Assembly (NCBI GenBank): GCA_973895155.1
Contig: OZ316895.1
Location: 18,671,880-18,735,879, forward strand
Source: Marsupella aquatica
Lineage: Eukaryota; Plantae; Marchantiophyta
Reading direction: 5' to 3'
DNA length: 64,000 nt
The number at the start of each line of letters is the position of its first letter. The stretch's first letter is position 1. Made by a program: the position numbers and the translations under genes. The notes beneath the pieces are model-generated. The model did not search any database, was not told the origin of the DNA, and saw only the letters and a list, made by a program, of their open reading frames with translations. Below, piece by piece: positions 24,420 through 35,728 of this stretch.

Positions 24420-26756
24420 CAATCCAACACCGTGACCAGCACCTGAAAACCCTTGGCATTCCCAACCAACTATGATCAAATCAAGGGAGCCAAGAAGGGT
24501 TAAGTGCCGGTGCTGGACAAGCTGGATATCGGGATGAAAGAAAGAAAATACAGACTTCCATGCACTATGTGGAATCTGTTGGGGAAATCGCTCTGAAAAT
24601 TCCAGCAGACAGGATTCAGCCACTTGCCTTGCACCGGGATCAATATCCACATAGATATATTGCTTCACCACCATGCCAGACTATAGGAGAGCTTCCACGC
24701 CTGTAGAAATACCACCAAAAAGCTCAAGCAATGTAAGGCCATCTAGAGGAGGAGTCCATATAACTGGTGCGCTCAAGATTGGGGCTATTGGTTGTCCATT
24801 GTGGTGCCCAAGGTCCTCAAATTTGCGCAATGCAGCCACCTCATCATTATCCTCCTCAATCCAATCCTGCAATGGGTGGTTGACATAGGTAGTTGTGTGC
24901 ACTGCTTTCAACACACAATGGTGAGCCATAGGTGGATGGGCACCATGCAAATCAAGTGAAATGTAGCCCAAGTGTGAGCCATCCGTATGCCAATCAACTC
25001 TATAGTATGCATGCTCATGCCAGTTGTCAATGGTAAAACCTGGTGGGAACAAAGCCTCCTGGCCAATGAGCACATCATACGTAGTGGCATTGGTAACCAA
25101 ACATCTGACTGGGAAATGCAGTTCTTGATCTGTACCTCCATTAAAAGTGAAAGTGAGTAAAGTAGAACTCTCACCCATCACATCCTCCACAGTGCCACTA
25201 GCAGCCCGAATGTGCCACTTGGATTGCTGTAAAATATCAGTCAGGAGTCCCATTTGCTTGGCAAACTGAATGCCCAAGATCACTGGTTGAGCGCTTGTGT
25301 CTAGCATGACCACCTGAGGAGTGTGACCCTCCAACTTGACCGCTGAATTCCTGTTGTCAACAATGACAATGGTGGTGGAAACTGAAGTCCTATCACTAGG
25401 CACCACTCTCGGCAAATGATGAGGTACCTTGTGAAGGGAGTTAGTGTCCACGATCTTCCCACTCAATAGCATAGCCAAGAAAGATGGAGCATCATGACCA
25501 GAATCAAGTGTAGCTTTGGTCACACAATCTGCAACAATACTGCCATCTCTATCATTGGAAATTGGTACTGGGATAGCCAAACCAGTGGAAGCATGTAATG
25601 GAGAAGAAGAAGGTCCAGTATGTACATGAGATTGGACCTCCAAAACCGGTGTCACAGGGGCTGATGAAGAATGCAGTGAACCCTCTAGCGCTTTGATGAC
25701 AGCTCTAGCATCCAACTGTAAATCATGGCAACTAAAAAGTGGAGTTGTAAGAATCTTTTGTGCCATATTGGAGGTGAAATGCTCAAGCAGCTCAGGAGAA
25801 ACAACTCTCTGTGAAATGTCAGCAACACCTGGTGGTGGAATGGATATAGCTACAGCTCCCTCCCCCCTCACCAACAAGGTGCGCTCTTCAACAAGCGTGA
25901 CTAGCTGAAAAGATTGGGGCATGACAGCCCGAGCTCCCCTCGCTCTAGTCATAGAACCAACAGCAAGACCATCAGCCTGTACAATGCGGCATGTGGGAGC
26001 AGTACGGGAGGCAGCACTGGCCTACTGGTAAGCAAAATAGGATGGGCCGAATGAATCTGAAAAGTCTGTTGTAAGGCCAGGCTGTGTAGCAGAGGACAGC
26101 ACACACTCATCCATATGAGCATCAAATGGCAAGCCATAGAAAGAGCGGGGTAAAGGTGCTGAACTGTCAGTGGTGTCTGGGCCAGGGATGGGTTGCACGT
26201 GACCAGCCGGTTGAGAAGGACCAGCAGAGGCAGGTGACTTGCCTTTGATGTTGGCAAGTTGGGCACGTTAGAACTCAACCTCACGAGTCAGAGACTGGAG
26301 TTGAGTTGCCTGTGCGTTGTGAGCCTCCTTCTGAGCTGGTTGCTTCTATTGCTGCTTGGACGATTTGCTGGCACCGGGTGCTTTGCCACTGGAAGGAGGA
26401 GCAACTGAGGCAATAGGAGCCCTCCTAGCTGGTGGGGGAGTGGAAGCAGGAGCAAGATGAGGGACCTGCTGTCGTAGCTGCTTCCTCTCTAGGAATTTGG
26501 AAAAACAAATTGCCTCCAAGTGACCCACTTTCTTGCAAAAATCACAAGACAGGTCCTCAACAACAATATCACATTCATTAGCCTTGTGATTAGGGTTACC
26601 ACAGTAGTTGCAAGATGGTAGCATGAAAGCAGCATGTATTGGCTTGGTCTTGGAAGCATATTGTGGCACATAGGAAGGAGTGGCCAGTGTAGGGGCGGGA
26701 GCCTGGTACTTGGATTGCGGTGGATGTGCAATACTGGCCTCATAATGTGCATGGGC
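24420..26756 (-). pseudogene. Element A gag C-terminus (two zinc knuckles), aspartic protease and DNMT N-terminal half (motifs I-IV)
   Basis: CNYCGNPNHKANEC and CDFCKKVGHLEAIC; VMLDTSAQ; LELFGGISTG (I), YIYVDID (II), DLIIVGWECQGFSGAG (IV). One in-frame TAG at 24681-24683. Confidence 0.9.
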
Positions 26757-29700
26757 TGTGACGCCGCCAGTACAGCGAGTAATGAGTAATTCGGTCTAAA
26801 CCGTGCCTAGCACGCGCGTTAGGAGCATCTTAGGCCGCTATGATTAGCATAACGACAATATTTAGGTAGCCATTATGAGTAGGAAATCATTAGTCAATAA
26901 GGGGAATTCATGTTCGGGCTGGCGGCGCGTCGCCATTCGCACACCTGGGTTACGAGCATGGAGGGGCCCCTCCCTCGGGTCCGTATAGCAAACTTCGGGA
27001 GGCGTCCACTGACACGCGGTGACTCAGACCGGCGGAGTGGCCGGTACACTACAAGCGTGAACGGTTCAGCCTATAGGCAACGAGGAGATGTTGGGGGATC
27101 GACAAGCCCTCAAGGTATAAAAAGGGAGCCGACCCTTTGGAGTGCACCAGTCCATCAGTCCACGCGCCAACTTCGACCCCAGCTCTCTCGTTCGCTCTAA
27201 GTCGCCACTACTATCTCCTCTGAATGTCGCACACGATGCTCTCCAGTTCGGCCATTCAATTCTGGACGCAGTTCCTATCTACCGGAAGACACTTGGCCAA
27301 CTCATTGAAACACGCCAACCCGCGCCGATATGAAATCGAATGCGAGTATGAGAGAGCCATCCGCCTAGCAGGATGACACCACTACATCCTTAACTTTGAC
27401 TACCCATCTCAGAGCGAGCTTTACCGACCAGCAGAGGTATGTGGGTACTTCTTTAATGGAGACAAATATATCGGTTTTTGGGAAGCATTGCTTCGGCTTC
27501 CGGACGAGGTCTTCAATATCCCGGGTACGATTGACTTGCAACGACATCACTTCGACCACATCCCTGCTCAGGTTCGGGCTATCATCAACAGTGAGTCCAG
27601 CACTACCCGTTTGACAAGGTCATCTACACTTGCTTCAGAGAACTTCTACCAGCACCTACAGAGCTTCATGGGAACTAGACCCGCAACCACCGGCGCCAAC
27701 CCAGTCGACCCCATACCCGTATCCGCACCAACGCAGACTCAGGCTCAGGCTCAACTTTAGTCTCAGTCTCAGCCTAGCCAACCCCCACCGCCGATCGCCC
27801 CGCCAGCAGTACAAGTACGCTCTGTCATCAACACTGTGGACCTTAGCGACGACGACGAGGCTACCCCACCCTTGCTCAGGCGGCCCAGAGGAGCAAACAC
27901 TCAGGGGGCCGACACTATATAGTCCCCTCCCCATGCTCGGACCCAAGGAGCGGCTCCAGCAGACAACACGATGACCGTGGCCGCCCCGGGACCAATACTA
28001 ACGGCGGTAGCACTACCTATGCCCGATCGAGAGGATGGGGAGGTGTCACCTTCCCCGAGCCAGTCACGGGGGAAGAAGAGGAAGGAACCCGCCACTGCAT
28101 CCGGGTTACCATTGGCCACGGTAGCCGTGGCCAAGGTGACAATGCACCGCATGGGGGAAAACGTGCATAAGAACATCCTCCATCCCAAGCATGCAGTGTA
28201 CCTGAAGACTCAGGGATTCGAGCACCTCGCCTCTCTCCCCTGGAACACTTGAAGGTACTACGGGGAGGACATGACAGAATTCGTCAAGAATTATGATGAC
28301 GCACGTCAACATACTCGGCTGCGGGGAAGGAATATGTCCCTCACGAAAGAACGGCTCAAGATGATCTTTGGATTACCCGAAGGTGACCATCGAGTCAAAT
28401 CACGGGCTCCCGGGGGCAAGGGAGCCAAGTACCAATCCTCGAGTTTTCCCTCAGAGGGAGCAGTGGACAACGGGTTCGTGATGAGGACCTGCCTCATCCC
28501 CGAGATAGCTGAGCGACTAGAGTTCCAAAGGTACGCCCTCCACATGATGGAACCCCGGGGGGAGATCTCCGCCGCCCAGGTTATCCAGGTCGAGAACTAT
28601 CGACCTAGGAAGTGGGCGTCGTACTTTGCTAAGAAATTCCATGAAGAGATGGAGCGGCGAAGGAAGATGTTGTACATTGGCGGGAAGGCGTATTTTGCTA
28701 GCCACATCGAGATCATTCTTGAGTGGTACACTCGATTTGATCGACAAACCCTTCCCCGTGTCAACGTTACAAAGCTTGTCCTTGCTAGGTGGGTTTTTCC
28801 GGCCTTGGAGAGACGGCCCCAACCCGAGGCCCAAAGTCCAGCGGACACGCAAACTTCACCCACCCCACCTCCACAAGTAGCTGTAGTCGTAACTGAGGAG
28901 GTACCGGATGGGTCGGTTATCGCAACCATAGATGCGATCCAACAGGCCGGGCTAAGTACAGAAGTCGGTACAGCGGAGGTCTTACTCAAGCCCGGGTCTC
29001 CCAAAGACCCACTGGTGGCTATTCCGGAGAACCAGACATTGCTGCAAGAGGACACTCCAGCCCCTTCCAACATTACGTCCCCAGGGCTGGATGTCACTGC
29101 CCCGGCCCCCGCGCGTGTTCACGTCTGCCCGTGCCCAACTCCGGACAGGCACAACCTGGACCACCCGGAACTCTTCATACCGGGTGGTCCAGGTCTATCC
29201 TCTGACCTGGCCCAGTCAGAGTTCCGGGTGGTCCAGGTCCAGAGGATAGAGCGGTACCGGGTGGAGTCCGTATACTTAAAGAACGAAGTTGTGGCTCAAG
29301 AGGCTGAGCTTTTGCAACTACGACCCAAAGTTGCAGCCGCTGATGATTTGTTAGCAAAGGCGCACGCCCTTACCGCCCTAGCCGAGCAGGCCAAAGCTGG
29401 GAACGAGGCCGAGATTGCACGACTCCGGAACCAGATTGACAGTTTGAAGAATCAAACTATCATCTGGCAGAAGGATCTGGAGGAGGCCGAAGAACGGGCC
29501 CAACGGGACACTGCGGAGATAGCCACGCTACAGGCCGAAGTGGCACGGCTCCAAACCGAAGCCGAGAAGCAGGACCAGCTGGCGGGCAAGCTGACGAGCG
29601 ACGCCCAGCAGCTGGAGGAGGCAACGGAGGAGACAGATGCGGCGAAGCGAGAGAACGAATCTCTGCTGGACCAGGTCCAGCTCCTCAAGGCGGACAACGA

Positions 29701-30664
29701 TAGACTTTGTAAGCAGCGGGATGGCCGCTCCCACTCGGGCGGCTCTGGCAAGGGTGCCAGGCATTAGCGGCGGAGTAGGAATAGAATAGGGTTAGGAGTA
29801 GCTAAGTCAGGCTATTGGGACAGGCACCTGCCTTAGTTACAGCAGCACTGCCATGCTGTCCAACCTGCGTAGATTAGGATCTTCTAATAAGACACAGCCA
29901 TTTTTTGGCCTAACAGTCAGATTAGTTAGGACCTAAGTCAGCGAATCTTCGAGCGGGAGGACACTCCGTTCCTCGGCCCTTAGTATTTAGCGCACCCCTC
30001 GGTAGAGGCAGGGGGGTTTTTAGTCTCAGAGTTGGACATCCGTGGTATGCGTGGGGAGTCCCGACCTCTGGGAGTGAAAGAGTACCAAGGGGAGGGGGTA
30101 GGACTAAGCTCGTTGGGCGAGTGCGGAGCCAGGTTCCGTTGTAGTATACTCTCTCGGCCTTGAACCTGTTCATTCCGGAGCTGTCGGGTCAACCAAGTGT
30201 ACGCACATGTCCCCTATGTAGTAAAATCCTTTCCCATTATTTTCTTCGTGTAAATCAAGATTGTATGCTTGTACGCGTGTATGTGTGTGTGAATCTCGTG
30301 TATAGGTGGCAACGCCGGGCCGAACGCACTACCCGAGTCGTGCACGGGGTGCAGCTTGCGGGTATGTGGTTGCGAGCATGGTTTAAGAACCTGTATCATT
30401 GAATCCGGATCGAAGGCGGACAATACGAAGGCTTAGAAGTTCTTAAGCCGGGGTCGATCCTGTTATCGACTAAGGTACGTTCCAGCGGTGGAACATAAAC
30501 CATACCTAGGAGATGTCCGTATCTAACAGTAGGCGCACTTAGCGCTAGTTTACGTGAATTAGGTGCATTACGGGCTTCCCTCCCTGCCCGAACCCTCATA
30601 TTTACGAAGGAGGTGCCCGTTTAAAGCTGAAGCCCGAGTTAAGGCCAAGGCTGATGACGTGACA
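26757..30664 (+). repeat. Family C solo LTR, 3908 bp, containing ORF-C remnant 27224-29767
   Basis: TGTGACG...CGTGACA; perfect TSD TGGGC (26752-26756 and 30665-30669); excision restores gag AEKLELAH-AHYEAS in frame. Confidence 0.95.
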
Positions 30665-31430
30665 TGGGCCAACTCAAGTTTCTCAGCAGTGTCATAGACG
30701 TTGAGCAATGTGTAGCTATCTCCAAACTCTGAGAATACTTGCTGCAACACTTGCAAATGGAGAGCTGGTGTGCCCTCCAATGTATGAAGGTAGCAATGAG
30801 CAGCCTCCAGGTCAGTGATGCTCTGGGTGTCCTCCTTCAGCTTGAGAAGCCGGCGATACATCATCTTCAATGTTTCATCGCACTGCCTCACAAAGGTGGC
30901 CAACTGCATGATTTTGTTAGCACTCTTGATTGGGAATTCCAATTCAAGAACCTGGAAAACTTAGCCACTGGATCAGCAAAGGCAGGGGAATCAATGGTGG
31001 GAGAAATGCCTGATGTAGCCTGTGCCAAGACAGTGGGAGTAACTGGCGCAGTGGTAGGAACTAGAGTAGGAGGGGAAATGACAGGAGCAGCAACACGGGC
31101 TACAATGGCATTCTGTAAGGCCAATTGTGAGGCTGCCACAATTGCATTGGCATAGGCAAGGTTAGGCAATTGGGTGACAGCAAGCAGCCGTTGAGAATGC
31201 TGCTCATACACATCCAAAACCTCATGGTGCACATACCTGGCTAGTTGCTTAAATGCAAATGCAATTGTGAAATTGCTGTTGTACTTCAACTCCAATTCAT
31301 AAATGACAGTGTAGAAAGTGGATTTGAATTCACGCAAAGAAACAATGCTTGGACGCCCACTGAAGCGCTCAATGCGGCCAGATGAGTGGCTGACATCCAT
31401 GCTGTATGTCGGTGAAGCTGGAACAACCAC
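30665..31430 (-). pseudogene. Element A gag N-terminal (capsid-like) region
   Basis: IERFSGRPSIVSLREFK..., QLATFVRQCDETLKMMYRRL; lies just downstream of the PBS; one frameshift near 30960. Confidence 0.75.
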
Positions 31431-31600
31431 TGATGCAGAAAGAGTAAAGGGTAAAGAAGCGATAGCAGACTTTGGGGTAGTGGTGAAGCGACCACCAAAT
31501 GTAGCAGAAGGGTTGCGTGGTGTGGGTGCTGCTGCTGTTTGCTGACGCCGTCAAAATTGTCGAGATTCCAATGAAATTGGCACCAACGGTCGTGGATCAC

Positions 31601-31616
31601 TCCGTAAGTGGTACCA
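31601..31616 (-). promoter_or_regulatory. Primer-binding site of element A (TGGTACCACTTACGGA)
   Basis: Begins TGG 3 nt after the LTR-terminal CA; the cognate tRNA was not identified. Confidence 0.7.
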
Positions 31617-31619
31617 AGG

Positions 31620-33077
31620 TGTTGGTGGCGATGAGCTGCTACCTCCTGGCTCGTTTGCTGACATGTTGTGTGATAGTACCCGATGTACCCAAAATGTGTA
31701 AAGACTGAGAAAACCCATCACCGTCAAAAAACCATCGGGGACAAAGACTCTTAAAACCTCAAATTGTGTCCCCATCGCGCTTGCCTATGTGTATACATAG
31801 GCAATGTTGGATTGCCGTCCCATTTGTATACCCCGGGCCTGCAGCCCTATGTAGATGACCATCGGCGGCAGCAAAGAAATCCACAAAGAAATGGCCAAAA
31901 AAATGTGAAAGGGGGCGCCCCTTAAGTGTATACGTCGGCCCCGGCGTGGACCCAAAAACTGACGGAAGGCGCACGTCGATGGAAAAGAAAAATCAGGTGG
32001 GGACCGGCAACCAAGCGAGTATGCATACACACTCGGGGCACCGTGCGCTATGCTGCAGACAAATAAAAGCGAAAGCAAGGCGAGGCAAAAAAGAAAAGGA
32101 CAAGGCAAGGAAAAAGAAATGGCCCCTAATGGGCTCGAGCCCTGCATAGGGCTTTGCGCCCCCCTCTCCTTATGCTCCCAAAGAGGTGAGGGCTATGAGC
32201 TCCCCCTCTCCTCTTCAACGCGCTGTGGGCCTCGTGCCTAGCTTGAATGTACTCCCCTTCTGTTTAATACAGCATAGGGCCTCGTGCCCTCTCCTTGCGC
32301 CCCTGCTTTGACTCCCCTCCCCCTTGCTTTAATGCTGCCTAGGGCCTCGAGCCCTCTATTGGCACTTGCTTCCCCCTCCTCTCCTTGGCTTGTGCTCAGC
32401 TCCCCTCCCCCTGCTTTTAATGCTTCATAGGGCCTCGTGCCCTGTCCCTCCTTGTGCAAAAATCTACTCCTAAGAGAAGGGAGTCTGTACTCCCCCCTCT
32501 CTTAATGCTGGCAATGGAAGGTCAAGGCTAAAACGAGCCAAGGAGGAGGCGAAAGAAAAATGGGACCCCCCCTATGTGAGTAAGGAGGAGAAAAGGGAGG
32601 GTGTGCGGCCCTATGCGCAGCTTTGGGGCATTGATGAGCCCCGCATGTGTATACTCAGGCTGCAGGTAGGGCAACAACAGGACTGGGAGGCAGCTTGCGA
32701 CGGCAGCTGCCGAGTAAAGAAAAGGGGTCGCAGCCAGGAAACAGCTCGCAACGGGGGCCGCCTGAACAAAATGGAAAAGGGGAGAAATTGGCCGGGAAAC
32801 ACCGAAAAATGGCCTCGCGTATGTCGATCAACAGCAAGTCACCTCCACTTTGCGGCAGTCAATTGGCAGGTGGAAGTAGGTCGTGCTGCGGCCGGCAATC
32901 GATGGAGGCAACACTCAATGGAAGGGATCGCGGACGCACTTGGGAAGGTTGGGTTCCAATAGAAGCGTTATGTGTATACTTACACATAACGCGACATTAA
33001 ACCATAATTTCAACCCGTCCCTCCATGGTTGCTCAAAGAAATTGCACCGACTTCGACGGGAATTGTCTGGACCGACA
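31620..33077 (-). repeat. 5' LTR of element A, about 1458 bp
   Basis: On the minus strand TGTCGG...CCAACA (5 of 6 inverted match), followed by the PBS; LINE sequence starts immediately beyond 33077. There is no second LTR in the window to confirm it. Confidence 0.72.
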
Positions 33078-33180
33078 TAAGCAGCTGAGACAAGAATGTC
33101 TCCTACCTTCTTCCCCTTGTCAGCAACTCAGCAGTTCTTCTTGAATAAAAGGCGTAAGAGTGCACTACACTAGCAGGAGG

Positions 33181-35728
33181 ATGGTGGATTTATTTAGGGT
33201 GGCCTCGTGGAATGTTTGCGGTCTGTGCGAACCCAACCGCAAGCATGTGGTGAAGAACTCGGTTAAATCCTTGAAGTCACCCTTGAGTATTCTGGCATTA
33301 CAGGAAGTAAAAACTGATCAGTTCCGCTTAGATATGGCGTTGAGAGCAATCCTTCTTGACTACCAACACTTCTCTTCTGCACCGGAGGAGGGCAGAGGGG
33401 GAACAGCTTTGTTGGTCCACCCTGAGATTAAGGTGGTGAGATCAGGCATGCTTGATCTGGGACGTGCTGTGTGGGTGGTAGTGGACACATCAGCTGGGAA
33501 GATTGGAATTGCGTGTATTTATGCCCCTAACTCTTCTAGGTTACAAGCCCTGCTTTGGAACGATCTGAAGACCTTGCTCCCACAATTTGACTGGATTGTG
33601 TGTGGAGACTTCAACATGACAGAGCGCAGGTTGGATTCCACAGGGAACTCGCCTTTGATTCGAGGTAGGGAGGCGGAATTTTGGAGATTTCTCAAAATGC
33701 AATTTGATATGGTGGATGCCTGGGATGTCAAAGGTGCTGCAACCGGCCCCCGTTTCATGTGGAGGCGCTTCCGAAATGGTGAACTGGTGCAGTCAAGGCT
33801 GGATTGTTTTTATATAAGCGAGAAAGGATGGTGGATGGGAGAATTGGTGGGGCTCCTCCATGAGGGAGGCTCCTCTCTATCAGATCATGATCCAGTGCTG
33901 TTGGAGGTGAGGCTAGCAATGTCTCAGGTGCCAGGACTAAGAGGGAACACTAAGATTTTTAGGGCTAATCCAGCCTTACTGAAGAGAGAGGAGGATATGC
34001 AAGAGCTAGAAGAGGCTTGGAGGAAGGGAAGGGAGAACTTCGAGGACCCGCTCCTGCAATTTGCCAAGGGTAGTGCTCAACTGCAAAGCACTTACAGGAA
34101 GCTACAAGCCAAGCCGCGCTCAGCAGAGGTAGAGATGAGTTTCCTTCAAGCACAAATGCGTGCTCTAAAACTGTCAATTTTAGAAGCACATTTGGCCTCT
34201 GAAATCAGGGAGTACATGGAGGCGGAAGACTCATTGCATATGACAGAGATTGAGGAAGCGCACAGGGGATGGAGACGCTAGAGTTAAGTGGTTGGGGGAA
34301 GGGGAAGAATCCACTAAATTCTTTTTTGCTATGGTGAAAGCCAAGAGATCTAGAGAAGCTATGACTTCTCTTATTAGGGATGATGGCAGTGTGATTGTGG
34401 ATCCTCATTGAATCTTGGGAGAAGTAGAGACTTTCTATAAGGGTATGTACTCAGCTTCGGATCTAACAGGAGGAGATAGGCGTACAAAGAGGAGCCAAAG
34501 CGCGCCTTTTAAGGAATACCAGATATGCTCTATCAGCTGCGGAGACCTTAAAGATGGAGGAGCTTCCTTCCTTCGAGGAGGTGAAAGATGTATTGTGGCT
34601 TCTGCCCAAAGACAAATCCCCGAGACCAGATGGATTGACTGCGGAGGTGTACAAGGCTTGTTGGGGATTCATTGGTAGAGATCTAGTAGACATGATTCAG
34701 GAATTCTGGCTATCAGGTGGACTCGATGGTAGAATCTGTGAGGGAATAATCAAATTCATACCAAAGAAACCGGATAAACGCTACTTAAAAGACTGGAGAC
34801 CACTCACAATGTTAAATATAGTGTACAAAATAAATGCCAAGATCCTTGCCTTGCGTTTGAAACCCCTCCTCCACAAGATAATCAGCCCTCAACAGACAGG
34901 ATTCATCCCTGGGTGGCACATCTTGGAAAATATCTCACTAGCGATGCTTACATTTGATTGGGTGCAACAGATGAAAACCAAAGCATTATTCCTAAAGCTC
35001 AATTTTGAAAAGGCATTTGACAGGGTCTGTCATGAATATATTTGGGAATGCATGCACCTTCTTGGGATCAGTGGACGCTTTATAATGTTGGTAAAAGCAC
35101 TGTTGGCTCAAGCTTCCTCGAGGGCTCTGGTAAATGGATTCCTTTCGGACCAGGTGCACCTGAAGCGTGGAGTGAGACAAGGCTGCCCATTATCACCACT
35201 TTTATTCGTGATCTCCACACAGCCGCTCATGGATTTCCTGAATGCGGAGATTATAGATAGGAGGCTTAGTGGACTGCAAATCACGGAGGACCTCATGGTC
35301 TGCTACAAACTTTTTGCTGATGACGTCGGAATGTTCATCCCGACTACAGAGGAGGATTTTGAGGATACAAGACAGGCACTACAATGTTACGAGAAGGCCA
35401 GCGGGGCCAAGCTGAATCTAGAGAAGTCAGTAGTGATTCCACTGGCCATGGAAGAGATCCCACGCTGGCTCACTAACACTGGTTGCATTGTCAGCCAAAA
35501 GGGGGAGATACAAAAGTACTTGGGAGCACCCTTAGGAGTTGGGCTGCACACAGAGCAACTGCACAAGTTCTGCTTGGATAAGATAAGCTCTCGATTATCG
35601 GCCTGGGTAAACAAGTTGTTGTCTTTCACAGGAAGAACCCTCCTAGTTAAGCATATTCTGCAAGCAATTCCAATCTACCATGTGATGTACTGTAAAGCTT
35701 TGGCAGGATTAGCAAAAAAACTGATTGC
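33181..35728 (+). pseudogene. LINE ORF2 endonuclease and reverse transcriptase; continues at 37950-38609 and from 39800
   Basis: ATG at 33181 shortly after the putative ORF1 stop; motifs as above; frameshifts at about 34270-34550. Confidence 0.92.

Larger units (their letters stand above)
13681..33077 (-). mobile_element. Element A: Ty3/Gypsy retrotransposon carrying a C5 cytosine methyltransferase domain in pol; interrupted by three solo LTRs, 3' end missing
   Basis: Minus-strand order: LTR, PBS, gag, two CCHC knuckles, protease, DNMT, RT, RNase H, integrase zinc domain. Removing the TSD-flanked inserts restores the reading frame at all three junctions. Confidence 0.9.

Noticed and set aside
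33174-33183. AGGAGG before the LINE ORF2 ATG as a Shine-Dalgarno site
   Set aside because: This is a eukaryotic retroelement, and the motif abuts the ATG with no spacer; likely chance.
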